Assembly: GCA_035529635.1 (NCBI GenBank)
Contig: DATKWJ010000018.1
Location: 3,823-67,822, forward strand
Length of the DNA: 64,000 nucleotides
Direction: 5' to 3'
From: Patescibacteria group bacterium
GTDB taxonomy: Bacteria > Patescibacteriota > Minisyncoccia > Minisyncoccales > RBG-13-42-11
Every line of letters starts with the position of its first letter. Position 1 is the first letter of the stretch. Made by a program: the position numbers and the translations under genes. Below the pieces are notes generated by a model. That model was given only the letters and a program-made list of their open reading frames with translations. It was not told the origin of the DNA and did not search any database. Below are positions 16,153-25,890 of this stretch, in pieces.

Positions 16153-17876
16153 AATTGGTTGAATTCTTTGATTAATTTTTCAACTTTTTTGACGTCTTGT
16201 TCTTCTTCGGCTTTTTTAATTTCCAAAGAAATCCGGTTCAAGTTGTCCTTCATCTTTATTGAACCAAGCTCTTTCAAGCAGTATTGGATTTCAGCTTTAA
16301 TTTCTTCTTCGGTCGCTTCTTCCCGGCCTTCGTCTATATCCGCCTTTAAGGCGAGGCAATTGAAAAAGTCGGAATCGATTTTCTCTTTTTTCTTAAGTTT
16401 GAGCAGAATTTCTTTGATCGGTTCGGAAAATCCTGCCAAAGCCTCTTTTTCGATGAGATCCATATTCTGGGGAGATTTCAAAACCAGCATAGCCAATCTT
16501 TCCTCCAACAATTCTTTTCTCGACTTGACCGGCAGATTTTTGACTTCTTCCGGCTCTATCCCCAAAGTTTCGGAATACTCTCCCAGTTTAACCTTTTTCA
16601 ATTCTTCTTCAACATCTTCTTCTTTGACTTTCAATTCCCTGGCTAATCGGTTGAGCCAATGGGTCTGGACTATCTTATTGGGAATTTTTTTGATGGCCGG
16701 CAAAAGCGCTTGGGAAATTTCCCTTTTGCCTTCCGGCGTTTTTTTGTCAAACTTGGCCAGAGCGCTTTCAAAATAAAAGTCCATGATCGATTTGGCTTCT
16801 TCCACTCTTTTTTCCCATTCAGCCGGCTTTTCAGTGATCAAATCCGCCGGATCCAAGCCTTGGGGCAGAGTGACGACTTTAACGTTGAAGCCGTGAAGCT
16901 GGGCCAAATCAATCCCTCTTTTGGTGGCCGCATCGCCGGCTATATCCATGTCGAAAGCAGTCAACAAATTATCGGAATAACGCTTCAAAATTTTCAATTG
17001 GAAAGGGGTCAGGGCGGTTCCCGAAGTTGCCACCGCGTTTTCGAATCCGGCCTGAAAAGCCATTATTAGATCAACATACCCCTCGACCAGAATGCAGGAA
17101 TCTTTCTTCCTGATTTCCACCTTGGTCTTATCTAAACCGTATAAAATGCGGCTCTTGTCGTAAAGCATGGTTTGGGGCGTATTGACGTATTTGGCGATTT
17201 CCTTATTATCCTTGTCTTTGAAAACCCGGCCGCCGAACCCGGCCACTTGGGAATTCAAGTCGAAAATGGGAAAAATTATCCGGCCCCTGAATCTGTCGTA
17301 AAAAGAGCCTTTTTCGGAAGACAAGCCCAAGCCGGCTTTTTTGATTTCTTCGTGCTGGTAGCCGCGGGAAAAAAGAAAATCAGCCAAGCCCTGCCAGACG
17401 TCCGGAGCATAGCCCAGCCGCCATTTCTTTATGCTTTCTTCTTTTATTCCCCTGTTAATGAGGTATTTTCTGGCTTCTTTTCCGGTTTTACTTTCCTCCA
17501 ACTGTTTTTCGAAAAACTTAGCGGCCAGTTCGCAAATTTCATTAAGACGTTGCCTTTCCGTCTGCCATTCTTTTTCTTTCAGCGTCTGCCGCTTAAGTTC
17601 GACGCCGGCTTTACGGGCCAAAATCCTTAAAGCGTCGCCGAATTCAACTCCTTCAATCTGCATGACGAATTTGAAGATGTCCCCTCCTAAGCCGCAGCCG
17701 CCGAAGCAATGCCAGATTTGGCGGGAAGGGCTGACAAAAAAAGAAGGTTTTTTTTCCGAATGAAAAGGACAAAGGGCGCGGTAATTGGCCCCGGCTTTCT
17801 GCAGTTTGATATAACTGCCAATAACCTCGACTATATCCAGTCGACTCTTAATTTCTTCGACAACGGAAGAAAACAT
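16140..17876 (-). CDS. dnaG: DNA primase DnaG
   Basis: CHC2 zinc finger ([27 protein letters not shown]), a TOPRIM region ([10 protein letters not shown]…DMDIAGD), and a 13-nt overlap with rpoD. Confidence 0.95.
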   Translation of the reverse strand: MFSSVVEEIKSRLDIVEVIGSYIKLQKAGANYRALCPFHSEKKPSFFVSPSRQIWHCFGGCGLGGDIFKFVMQIEGVEFGDALRILARKAGVELKRQTLKEKEWQTERQRLNEICELAAKFFEKQLEESKTGKEARKYLINRGIKEESIKKWRLGYAPDVWQGLADFLFSRGYQHEEIKKAGLGLSSEKGSFYDRFRGRIIFPIFDLNSQVAGFGGRVFKDKDNKEIAKYVNTPQTMLYDKSRILYGLDKTKVEIRKKDSCILVEGYVDLIMAFQAGFENAVATSGTALTPFQLKILKRYSDNLLTAFDMDIAGDAATKRGIDLAQLHGFNVKVVTLPQGLDPADLITEKPAEWEKRVEEAKSIMDFYFESALAKFDKKTPEGKREISQALLPAIKKIPNKIVQTHWLNRLARELKVKEEDVEEELKKVKLGEYSETLGIEPEEVKNLPVKSRKELLEERLAMLVLKSPQNMDLIEKEALAGFSEPIKEILLKLKKKEKIDSDFFNCLALKADIDEGREEATEEEIKAEIQYCLKELGSIKMKDNLNRISLEIKKAEEEQDVKKVEKLIKEFNQLCQN

Positions 17877-17877
17877 T

Positions 17878-18405
17878 TTATTTTTCTTTTTTGGAAAACA
17901 ATTTTATCTGACTGTTGGGAAAAGAATGAATAATTCCCGCTTCGTCCCTAATGATCGTCCTTCTCAAGGTTATTTCTTTGACTTCTCCCTCCAGCCCGGA
18001 AATTTTAATTTTATCGCCGACATAATACTGGCCTTCCAAAAGAATGAATAGGCCGGCTATGAAATCAGCCAAGATGTCTTTGGCCGCCATGCCCATAGCC
18101 AAACCGACCAATCCCAGGCCGGCCAGAATGGGGGCGATGTTGATTTCGAATTCGGGAAGAATCATCAGAATAGCCACGATCCAGATAATGAAACTGAAAG
18201 TGCCGCCGAAAACGCTGATCAAGGTTTCCGCCCGCTTTCTTTTTTCCCCGTTGATGTTGTTGATGATTCTTTTATTAATTCCTTTCTTAATGAAGATTCT
18301 CAAGAAATAATTGGCCAAATAAGCGGCAACCAAAATCAAGGCTATTTTCGGGCCGTGGGCCAAAAACCAAGATACGGTTGCTTGGAAAAAGTTTTGAGTA
18401 ACCAT
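17878..18405 (-). CDS. small mechanosensitive (MscS-family) channel protein
   Basis: 175 aa. The pore-helix-like segment is LAGLGLVGLAMGMAAKDILADFIAGLFILLEGQYYVGDKI, followed by a beta domain. Confidence 0.7.
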   Translation of the reverse strand: MVTQNFFQATVSWFLAHGPKIALILVAAYLANYFLRIFIKKGINKRIINNINGEKRKRAETLISVFGGTFSFIIWIVAILMILPEFEINIAPILAGLGLVGLAMGMAAKDILADFIAGLFILLEGQYYVGDKIKISGLEGEVKEITLRRTIIRDEAGIIHSFPNSQIKLFSKKEK

Positions 18406-18414
18406 AAACTAAGA

Positions 18415-18804
18415 TTATTCTTTGAGTTCGCAAAAAGCGCTTAAAATCTCTTTGGCTTTTTCCAGATTCTTTTCCTCAACCAAAATGTAATTCGTCTGAA
18501 AAGTCGAAATATTAAAAATACTGATGTCGGCTTCAGCCAAGGGCTTGGCCAGAGAAACGATGATGCCGGCCGAATATAAGCCGTCGGCAATGCTTTCCAG
18601 TTTGAAAGCCCGCCAATCTTTTTCAAACAAAACGCCGCCGGGAATCTCTTGCTGGGAACAAACAATGGAAAGTTCCTCGTTCGTCCTGGTGACAGAAGAG
18701 AAACCGGCCTTTTCCAACCATTGAGGAATTGGCGTAGTGGCAGCCAAATGGCAAATGCCCAGTTTTTCGGGCAGAATGGAAAGCGTGAATTTTTTGTTCT
18801 CCAT
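18415..18804 (-). CDS. ACT domain-containing protein
   Basis: 129 aa. Its pattern resembles small ACT_7-type proteins (…ELSIVCSQ…GIIVSLAKPLAEADISIFNISTFQTNYILVEE). Confidence 0.55.
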   Translation of the reverse strand: MENKKFTLSILPEKLGICHLAATTPIPQWLEKAGFSSVTRTNEELSIVCSQQEIPGGVLFEKDWRAFKLESIADGLYSAGIIVSLAKPLAEADISIFNISTFQTNYILVEEKNLEKAKEILSAFCELKE

Positions 18805-18948
18805 AAAATTAAAACGTTAATTATAATTCTTGAATAAACGCCTGACTGATTTTAAATTTTCCTGTCAATTAAGCATAACTCATTTGGGGGAATTTTTCAA
18901 TGAAAAATTACCGGGTCAAGGCTGAATTCCGACTACTGAAAAATAGAA

Positions 18949-18981
18949 AACCCGCTGTTGGCATTAGCTACTAAGCGGGTT
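18949..18981 (-). terminator. terminator hairpin downstream of the orphan gene
   Basis: AACCCGCT (18949-18956) pairs with AGCGGGTT (18974-18981). It is followed on the minus strand by TTCTATTTTT. Confidence 0.5.
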
Positions 18982-19022
18982 TATGTGGAGGCTTTTTAAG
19001 CCGCGACATGCTGAGGCGCACA

Positions 19023-19784
19023 TTAGACAACGAGATGAGTTCGATACTCGTTGAGTTGCGTTCGCCACGCCTGAATAACCTTAGGCTGTGCTGGTTCCGC
19101 GATGAACAGCTCGTCGCCGGGTTGCTGATATTGGGGATTTGGATCGGGATCGAAAACCTCTCTATTCTTACCGAGCTGTCTGACAGTTTCGTTCCGAGCG
19201 GAGAACTCTGCGAACAAATGAGAGAGCTTGCGAATCCCGCCGAGACCGAGGTCGGTCCAGGTGACCACAATGCTTCCATCGCTTGCGGCCAGTTCTTTGG
19301 CAACAGCAGGAGCGTCCTCATCGCTCTCGACCAGTGCCTTGAACATCCGAAGGTTCGGGAAAGAATCTGACGGAGAAAGGAACGACCCATGCGCTTGCGG
19401 CACGAGCACGATTCCGCGCTTCTCAAGATTGAGCCCAAAACGGACACTTAGCATCACCTGAAGGTCGAACTTGCGTTTGCCACCTTCGAGCAACTTGAAA
19501 TTCCAGTAGTTGCTGGATGCCCATCCCGGAACTTTCTCTTGGGGGTTCTCATCCACGAGGGTAAAAATCTCATGGTTGCAGTCGGGACGATCCTGTTGTT
19601 TGATTTCTCGCTCCGCGAGCATGGTAAGCAGCCTGTCATCAAGTGTGTACGCCTTGATCGGTTCAGAGTACGCCTTTGACGCACCCTCGTGAAGTTTCAA
19701 ACTTTTGTGAGCCGCGGCCCTCCGAAGAAGGTCGAGAAGTGTGAAAGAATCCACACCCATCGTCAAACTCATCGCTACTTTCAT
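19023..19784 (-). CDS. hypothetical protein, compositionally atypical orphan
   Basis: 253 aa, rich in R/A/L/D/Q/P rather than the K/E/I typical of the neighbours. A perfect SD (AGGAGG, spacer CTGAT) precedes the ATG at 19784, whereas the neighbouring host genes I checked have no SD. Several stop-free alternative frames overlap it. I recognise no family. Confidence 0.6.
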   Translation of the reverse strand: MKVAMSLTMGVDSFTLLDLLRRAAAHKSLKLHEGASKAYSEPIKAYTLDDRLLTMLAEREIKQQDRPDCNHEIFTLVDENPQEKVPGWASSNYWNFKLLEGGKRKFDLQVMLSVRFGLNLEKRGIVLVPQAHGSFLSPSDSFPNLRMFKALVESDEDAPAVAKELAASDGSIVVTWTDLGLGGIRKLSHLFAEFSARNETVRQLGKNREVFDPDPNPQYQQPGDELFIAEPAQPKVIQAWRTQLNEYRTHLVV

Positions 19785-19856
19785 ATCAGCCTCCTATTTA
19801 ATTTTGTTGGTATAAGATCTAGTGTAACATTAGCAAAAACGACCATAAAAATCAAT

Positions 19857-19885
19857 CAAAAACAGAAACTATTTCGAGTTTCTGT
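19857..19885 (-). terminator. intrinsic terminator after the MFS gene pair
   Basis: ACAGAAACT (19862-19870) pairs with AGTTTCTGT (19877-19885), and a T-run follows on the minus strand. Confidence 0.6.
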
Positions 19886-19915
19886 TTCCAAAAAATCTTT
19901 ATGAAAAAATTTCTT

Positions 19916-20479
19916 TTACAAAACTTTTCTCGGTAATCGAAAAATATAAATCGCACTGGCAAAACAAAGTAATCCCATTATGATGAAGATTGCGTTAAAC
20001 CCGAAAAATGTGACCAGTAGCCCGCCGGTGACTGCGCCGAAAGCGATGGTAAAAAAGTTAATCGCTTCCCAGGCTCCCCATTCTCTCCCCGATTTGCGTC
20101 TATCCAAATGTTTGGAATAGACAGCGTCGAAAGCGGGCAGATAAATCGCTTCTCCTATTCCGATGATAACCTGCACGGCCAAAAGAGAAATAATCGAATT
20201 CACGAAAGTATAACCCAAAAATGCAATACCCATGATTCCGTAGCCGAAAACTATAATTAACTCATTTTCTTTGAGCTTGTCGGCATATCGGCCGGAAATC
20301 AAAGTAGTGATTCCGGCAGCCAAGGCAAAAAACCCATAGGCATAACTCGCATCCAAAAGATCTCCTCCGATTTCCTCGACAAAAAGAGCATAAATGGGCC
20401 CGATCATGGCAGTCGCAACGAGAATAAAGCCATTTGTTACAAGGAGGATTTTGATTGCTTTGCTGAAAGGCATTTTCAT
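19916..20479 (-). CDS. half-size (6-TM) MFS-like transporter protein
   Basis: 187 aa with about six hydrophobic helices. It is a paralogue of the upstream gene (FVEEIGGDLLDASYAYG… versus FTERIGGSILDISSAWA…). Confidence 0.6.
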   Translation of the reverse strand: MKMPFSKAIKILLVTNGFILVATAMIGPIYALFVEEIGGDLLDASYAYGFFALAAGITTLISGRYADKLKENELIIVFGYGIMGIAFLGYTFVNSIISLLAVQVIIGIGEAIYLPAFDAVYSKHLDRRKSGREWGAWEAINFFTIAFGAVTGGLLVTFFGFNAIFIIMGLLCFASAIYIFRLPRKVL

Positions 20480-20500
20480 GTTTATTTGAATAAATTCTCT

Positions 20501-21046
20501 TTATGATTTTTCAAATATTTTCATCTGGTAGAGCGTAGCCAAAATTTGGAGGCTTCCCATGGTGATAAAGAGAGTTTCAAAAGAGAACGTTTTGACGATA
20601 AATCCTCCGATGACGATGGCAATGCCGGTCAGAATCTTCGCTTCCCCGTCCGCCAGTCCCCAAGTCAGGCCGGCGGTTTCCTGGGAAGAATATTTGCCGT
20701 AAAGAGCGCACCAGGTGGGATTACATAAAGCCAAAGCCAATCCCAAGCCGGCTTGGACGATGAAAAGATGCACGGGTGTTTGTACCAGCAAATAACAGAA
20801 AGTGAATAAGGCCGTCAGAGCGTATCCGCTGATCATTATCCTTTCTTTGCTGTGATAATCGGAATACTTGCCGATTAGAATAACGAAAATTCCGGTAACG
20901 ATAAGATAAATCGCCCAGGCCGATGAAATGTCCAGAATGCTGCCGCCGATTCTCTCGGTAAAGACGGCAATAAGCGGCCCGAACATGCCGTCGGCGAAAT
21001 TCCATAAATTATTGCCGTAAAGAAGAATTTTTTCTTTGCGATTCAT
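20501..21046 (-). CDS. half-size (6-TM) MFS-like transporter protein
   Basis: 181 aa with about six TM helices, including an MFS-like loop GKYSDYHSKERIM. Confidence 0.6.
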   Translation of the reverse strand: MNRKEKILLYGNNLWNFADGMFGPLIAVFTERIGGSILDISSAWAIYLIVTGIFVILIGKYSDYHSKERIMISGYALTALFTFCYLLVQTPVHLFIVQAGLGLALALCNPTWCALYGKYSSQETAGLTWGLADGEAKILTGIAIVIGGFIVKTFSFETLFITMGSLQILATLYQMKIFEKS

Positions 21047-21053
21047 AGATAAG

Positions 21054-21137
21054 CGGAGGAGGTGGGATTCGAACCCACGTGAGCTTGCGCTCGCGCGCTT
21101 TCCAAGCGCGTGGAATAAACCGCTATCCGACTCCTCC
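21054..21137 (-). tRNA. tRNA-Ser (anticodon GGA)
   Basis: The minus strand reads GGAGGAGTCGGATAGCGGTTTATTCCACGCGCTTGGAAAGCGCGCGAGCGCAAGCTCACGTGGGTTCGAATCCCACCTCCTCCG. It has a long variable arm, anticodon loop TTGGAAA, and acceptor GGAGGAG/CTCCTCC. Confidence 0.92.
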
Positions 21138-21142
21138 TATTC

Positions 21143-22225
21143 TTATTTACCGGCGATAAACCTTTCCACTATCTTTTTGGCTTCGTCATCCGTCTCCTGA
21201 ACCAAAGGGTGCTTCATATAATAACTGCTGACCGGAATATATCCTCTCATTTTCCGATCCCGGGCCAACTTGGCACAGCGGACAGCGTCAATAACGATGC
21301 CAGCGCTGTTGGCTTTGTCATCAACATCCAACCTTAATTCCATGGAATAAGGGACATCAGCGAACATCTTACCCTCTATTCTCAAAAAACATAACTTGGT
21401 GTTTCCCAAAAAAGGAATGAAATCCGAGGGGCCGATGTAGATTTTATCCGCTTTGATGTCTTCGCTTATCTGACTAATAACAGCTTCGGTCTTGCTGATT
21501 TTCTTGCTTTCCAGACGGGATCTTTCCAGCATATTCAGGAAGTCGGTATTGCCGCCGACGTTTATCTGATAGGTTTTGCTGATGGTTGTTCCCCTGTCCG
21601 AACAGAGTCTGGCTAAAATCCGATGAACGATGGTGGCGCCGATTTGGCCTTTGATGTCGTCGCCGATAATCGGCACGCCAGCTTTTCTGAATTTCTCCGC
21701 CCATTTCTTATTTGAAGCGATGAAAGCCGGCAGACAATTGACCAAAGCTGTTTTGGTCGTTAAAGCAATGTCCGCCCAGAATTCGGTAGCTTTCTGACTG
21801 CCCACCGGCAGATAATTGATTAAAACTTCTGTTTTCGTCCTTTTTATTTCTTTTTCGATTTCTTTTTTCAGTTTTTCCGGCGAAGTGGGATTTTTCAACG
21901 GCTTGATTTTGTTTTCAACGTAAATGCCGACGCCGTCAAGAATCGGCGATTCTCTGACTATCACCCGGCTTTTGGGAAGTTTCGTCCACCTGACCAGATT
22001 AGGCGGAGCGAAAACCGCTTTATCCAAAGTTCTGCCGATCTTATTCGCCCCAACGTCAAAAGCCGAAACGAATTCAATATCTTTGAAACCGTAAGGCCCT
22101 ATCTTCAGATGCATCAAGCCTATGGGCTTTTTGCCTTGATGCTTTTTATAATATTCGATTCCTTGAATAAGGCCGGCAAAACAATTGCCGACTCCGATAA
22201 TACCTGTTTTTATTTTTTTTGCCAT
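21143..22225 (-). CDS. ino1: inositol-3-phosphate (myo-inositol-1-phosphate) synthase
   Basis: 360 aa. It has an NAD-binding N-terminus (TGIIGVGNCFAGLIQG) and conserved blocks YLPVGSQKATEFWA, GVPIIGDDIKGQIGATIVHR, YQINVGGNTDFLN and SKKISKT. Confidence 0.8.
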   Translation of the reverse strand: MAKKIKTGIIGVGNCFAGLIQGIEYYKKHQGKKPIGLMHLKIGPYGFKDIEFVSAFDVGANKIGRTLDKAVFAPPNLVRWTKLPKSRVIVRESPILDGVGIYVENKIKPLKNPTSPEKLKKEIEKEIKRTKTEVLINYLPVGSQKATEFWADIALTTKTALVNCLPAFIASNKKWAEKFRKAGVPIIGDDIKGQIGATIVHRILARLCSDRGTTISKTYQINVGGNTDFLNMLERSRLESKKISKTEAVISQISEDIKADKIYIGPSDFIPFLGNTKLCFLRIEGKMFADVPYSMELRLDVDDKANSAGIVIDAVRCAKLARDRKMRGYIPVSSYYMKHPLVQETDDEAKKIVERFIAGK

Positions 22226-22243
22226 ATTTATATTTAATTATTT

Positions 22244-23143
22244 TTATATTCTTATTCCCCGCAAAACCTTTATTCTTTTTTCAACCGGAGGATGAGTCAT
22301 AAATAATTTATGCAGCCAGGAAGATTTTTCTTTTCCCCGGAAAGGGCTGGCGATGTAAAGATGCGAAGTGGCGTCATTGGCGGTTTTAAGAGGACTGGGG
22401 TCGCTGGAAATCTTTTCCAGAGCCCTGGCCAATCCTTCGGGATATCTCGTCAAAAGAGCGCCGGAACTGTCAGCCAGATATTCCCTTCTTCTGGAAATCG
22501 CCAATTTTATCAGTTGAGCCAAAATCGGCGCCAGAACAGCCAAAGCCAAAGCCACCAATATCATATATCCGCCGCCTTCCCGCTTGCCGCTGCGGCTTCT
22601 GCCGCCGCCCCAAAAAGTTATCCTGAAGAAAAAATCGGTCATAATGACAATTATACCCACCAGAATGACAATAACTGTCTGTAAAAGTATGTCTTTATTG
22701 CCGATATGCGCCAATTCATGGGCAACAACGCCTTCCAATTCCACCCTTTCCAATTTTTCCAAAAGGCCGCTGGTTACCGCCACCACGGCGTGATTCTTAT
22801 CCCGGCCCGTAGCGAAAGCGTTCGGCTGGGCCGAATCAATGATATAAATTTTCGGCAGAGGCAAACCGGCCGTCAGACAAAGATTTTCCACCAATCTGTA
22901 TAATTCCGGATTGTCCCGCTTTTCAATCGGCTTAGCCCGGCTGAGAGACAGAATAACCTTATCCGAATACCAATAAGCGAAAAAATTCAGCATTACGCTC
23001 AAAATCACCGCCAAATACAATATAGCCGGACTTTCCATGGAATAGGAAATAACCCAGCCGATTCCGATGATTAAAAGGAAAAAGAAAAACAGATAAAGCC
23101 AAGTTTTTCTGATATTTGACTCAGCTTGAGTGTAGAGGTTCAT
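22244..23143 (-). CDS. htpX: zinc metalloprotease HtpX (M48)
   Basis: HELAHIGNKD zinc motif, four TM segments, and a C-terminal THPPVEKRI. Confidence 0.9.
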   Translation of the reverse strand: MNLYTQAESNIRKTWLYLFFFFLLIIGIGWVISYSMESPAILYLAVILSVMLNFFAYWYSDKVILSLSRAKPIEKRDNPELYRLVENLCLTAGLPLPKIYIIDSAQPNAFATGRDKNHAVVAVTSGLLEKLERVELEGVVAHELAHIGNKDILLQTVIVILVGIIVIMTDFFFRITFWGGGRSRSGKREGGGYMILVALALAVLAPILAQLIKLAISRRREYLADSSGALLTRYPEGLARALEKISSDPSPLKTANDATSHLYIASPFRGKEKSSWLHKLFMTHPPVEKRIKVLRGIRI

Positions 23144-23158
23144 CTAAAATCCGAATCC

Positions 23159-23722
23159 TTAAAAATTGACTTTGGGAACTTCCTTGGCAGCCGCTTCTCC
23201 GACTTCAAAAAAATCAACCTTGGCGAATTTGAAAACATTGGCCACGATATTAACCGGAAAGCTTTCTATTTTGATGTTGAAATCCCTGGTATTGGTGTTG
23301 TAAAAACGCCTGGCCGCCTGGATTTTATCTTCGGCATCGCGGAGTTCTCTTTGTAATTCAAGAAAGTTGGCCGAAGCCTTCAAGTCAGGATAATTTTCAG
23401 CTACGGCAAACAGGCTTTTCAGAGTTCCGGCCAAGAAATTTTCCGCCTGGGCGACCTGCTTCGGATCGCCGGCCTGTTCAGCTGCCATGGCAGCTGTTCT
23501 GGCTTTGGTTACATTCTCAAAAACTCCTTTTTCATGGCTGGCGTACCCTTTGACCGCCTCAACCAAATTGGGAATCAAATCGTATCTTCTTTTCAATTGC
23601 ACGTCAATATCCGACCAAGCCTCTTTGACCCTGTTTTTCAAAGTGATCAGCCGGTTGTAAACGGCAATCACCCAAACAATCAGCAAAACGACGGCTATTA
23701 AAATAATTTTAATGATGCTCAT
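23159..23722 (-). CDS. lemA: LemA family protein
   Basis: A single N-terminal TM, then YNRLITLKNRVKEAWSDIDVQLKRRYDLIPNLVE…RFYN. The track start is 23800. The ATG at 23722 (MSIIKIIL…) gives the usual LemA length. Confidence 0.85.
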   Translation of the reverse strand: MSIIKIILIAVVLLIVWVIAVYNRLITLKNRVKEAWSDIDVQLKRRYDLIPNLVEAVKGYASHEKGVFENVTKARTAAMAAEQAGDPKQVAQAENFLAGTLKSLFAVAENYPDLKASANFLELQRELRDAEDKIQAARRFYNTNTRDFNIKIESFPVNIVANVFKFAKVDFFEVGEAAAKEVPKVNF

Positions 23723-23815
23723 AAAAAATCGGTTAAATTTATTAATGACTCGACTTTCCCTTATTATAACCAAAAACTCCTCTGAATTCAATCTACTCAA
23801 ACCGCAGTAAGGGTT

Positions 23816-23838
23816 AAAAAAGAAGATCTATCTTCTTT
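23816..23838 (-). terminator. intrinsic terminator after groEL
   Basis: Palindrome AAGAAGAT/ATCTTCTT (23820-23837) followed on the minus strand by a T6 run. Confidence 0.6.
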
Positions 23839-23879
23839 GTTCAGAGGAGTTTTCGCAGAATCGTCAAAGACAATCGGTT

Positions 23880-25792
<1,913 letters not shown>

Positions 25793-25821
25793 AATGATTG
25801 ATTATTGATGTTCGAATGTTA

Positions 25822-25848
25822 TTAGCAGTTGCGACCTTTGAGTGCTAA
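25822..25848. promoter_or_regulatory. CIRCE operator (HrcA-binding inverted repeat)
   Basis: TTAGCAGTT-N9-GAGTGCTAA, compared with the consensus TTAGCACTC-N9-GAGTGCTAA. It lies 30 nt upstream of the groES ATG. Confidence 0.85.
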
Positions 25849-25861
25849 TTTGTACTTTTTT

Positions 25862-25890
25862 ATGTTAATTTGGGTGAAGATCTTTGTCAA
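25862..25890 (-). promoter_or_regulatory. groESL promoter
   Basis: On the minus strand: TTGACA (25890-25885), a 17-nt spacer, then TAACAT (25867-25862). It sits just upstream of CIRCE and overlaps the uvrA stop codon. Confidence 0.55.

Noticed and set aside
15877-16776. 299-aa + strand ORF (and 15839-16162, 107 aa) rich in F/L/S
   Set aside because: It is antisense to the Lys-rich 5' end of rpoD and the 3' end of dnaG. The poly-F/L content is simply the complement of AAA/AAG Lys codons.
18971-19692. Several 60-158-aa ORFs in other frames over the orphan gene (18971-19447, 19008-19370, 19228-19461, 19454-19684, 19510-19692)
   Set aside because: They all overlap the 253-aa ORF, which alone has a perfect SD and a downstream terminator. 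The extra frames stay open only because this segment has few A/T-rich stop triplets.
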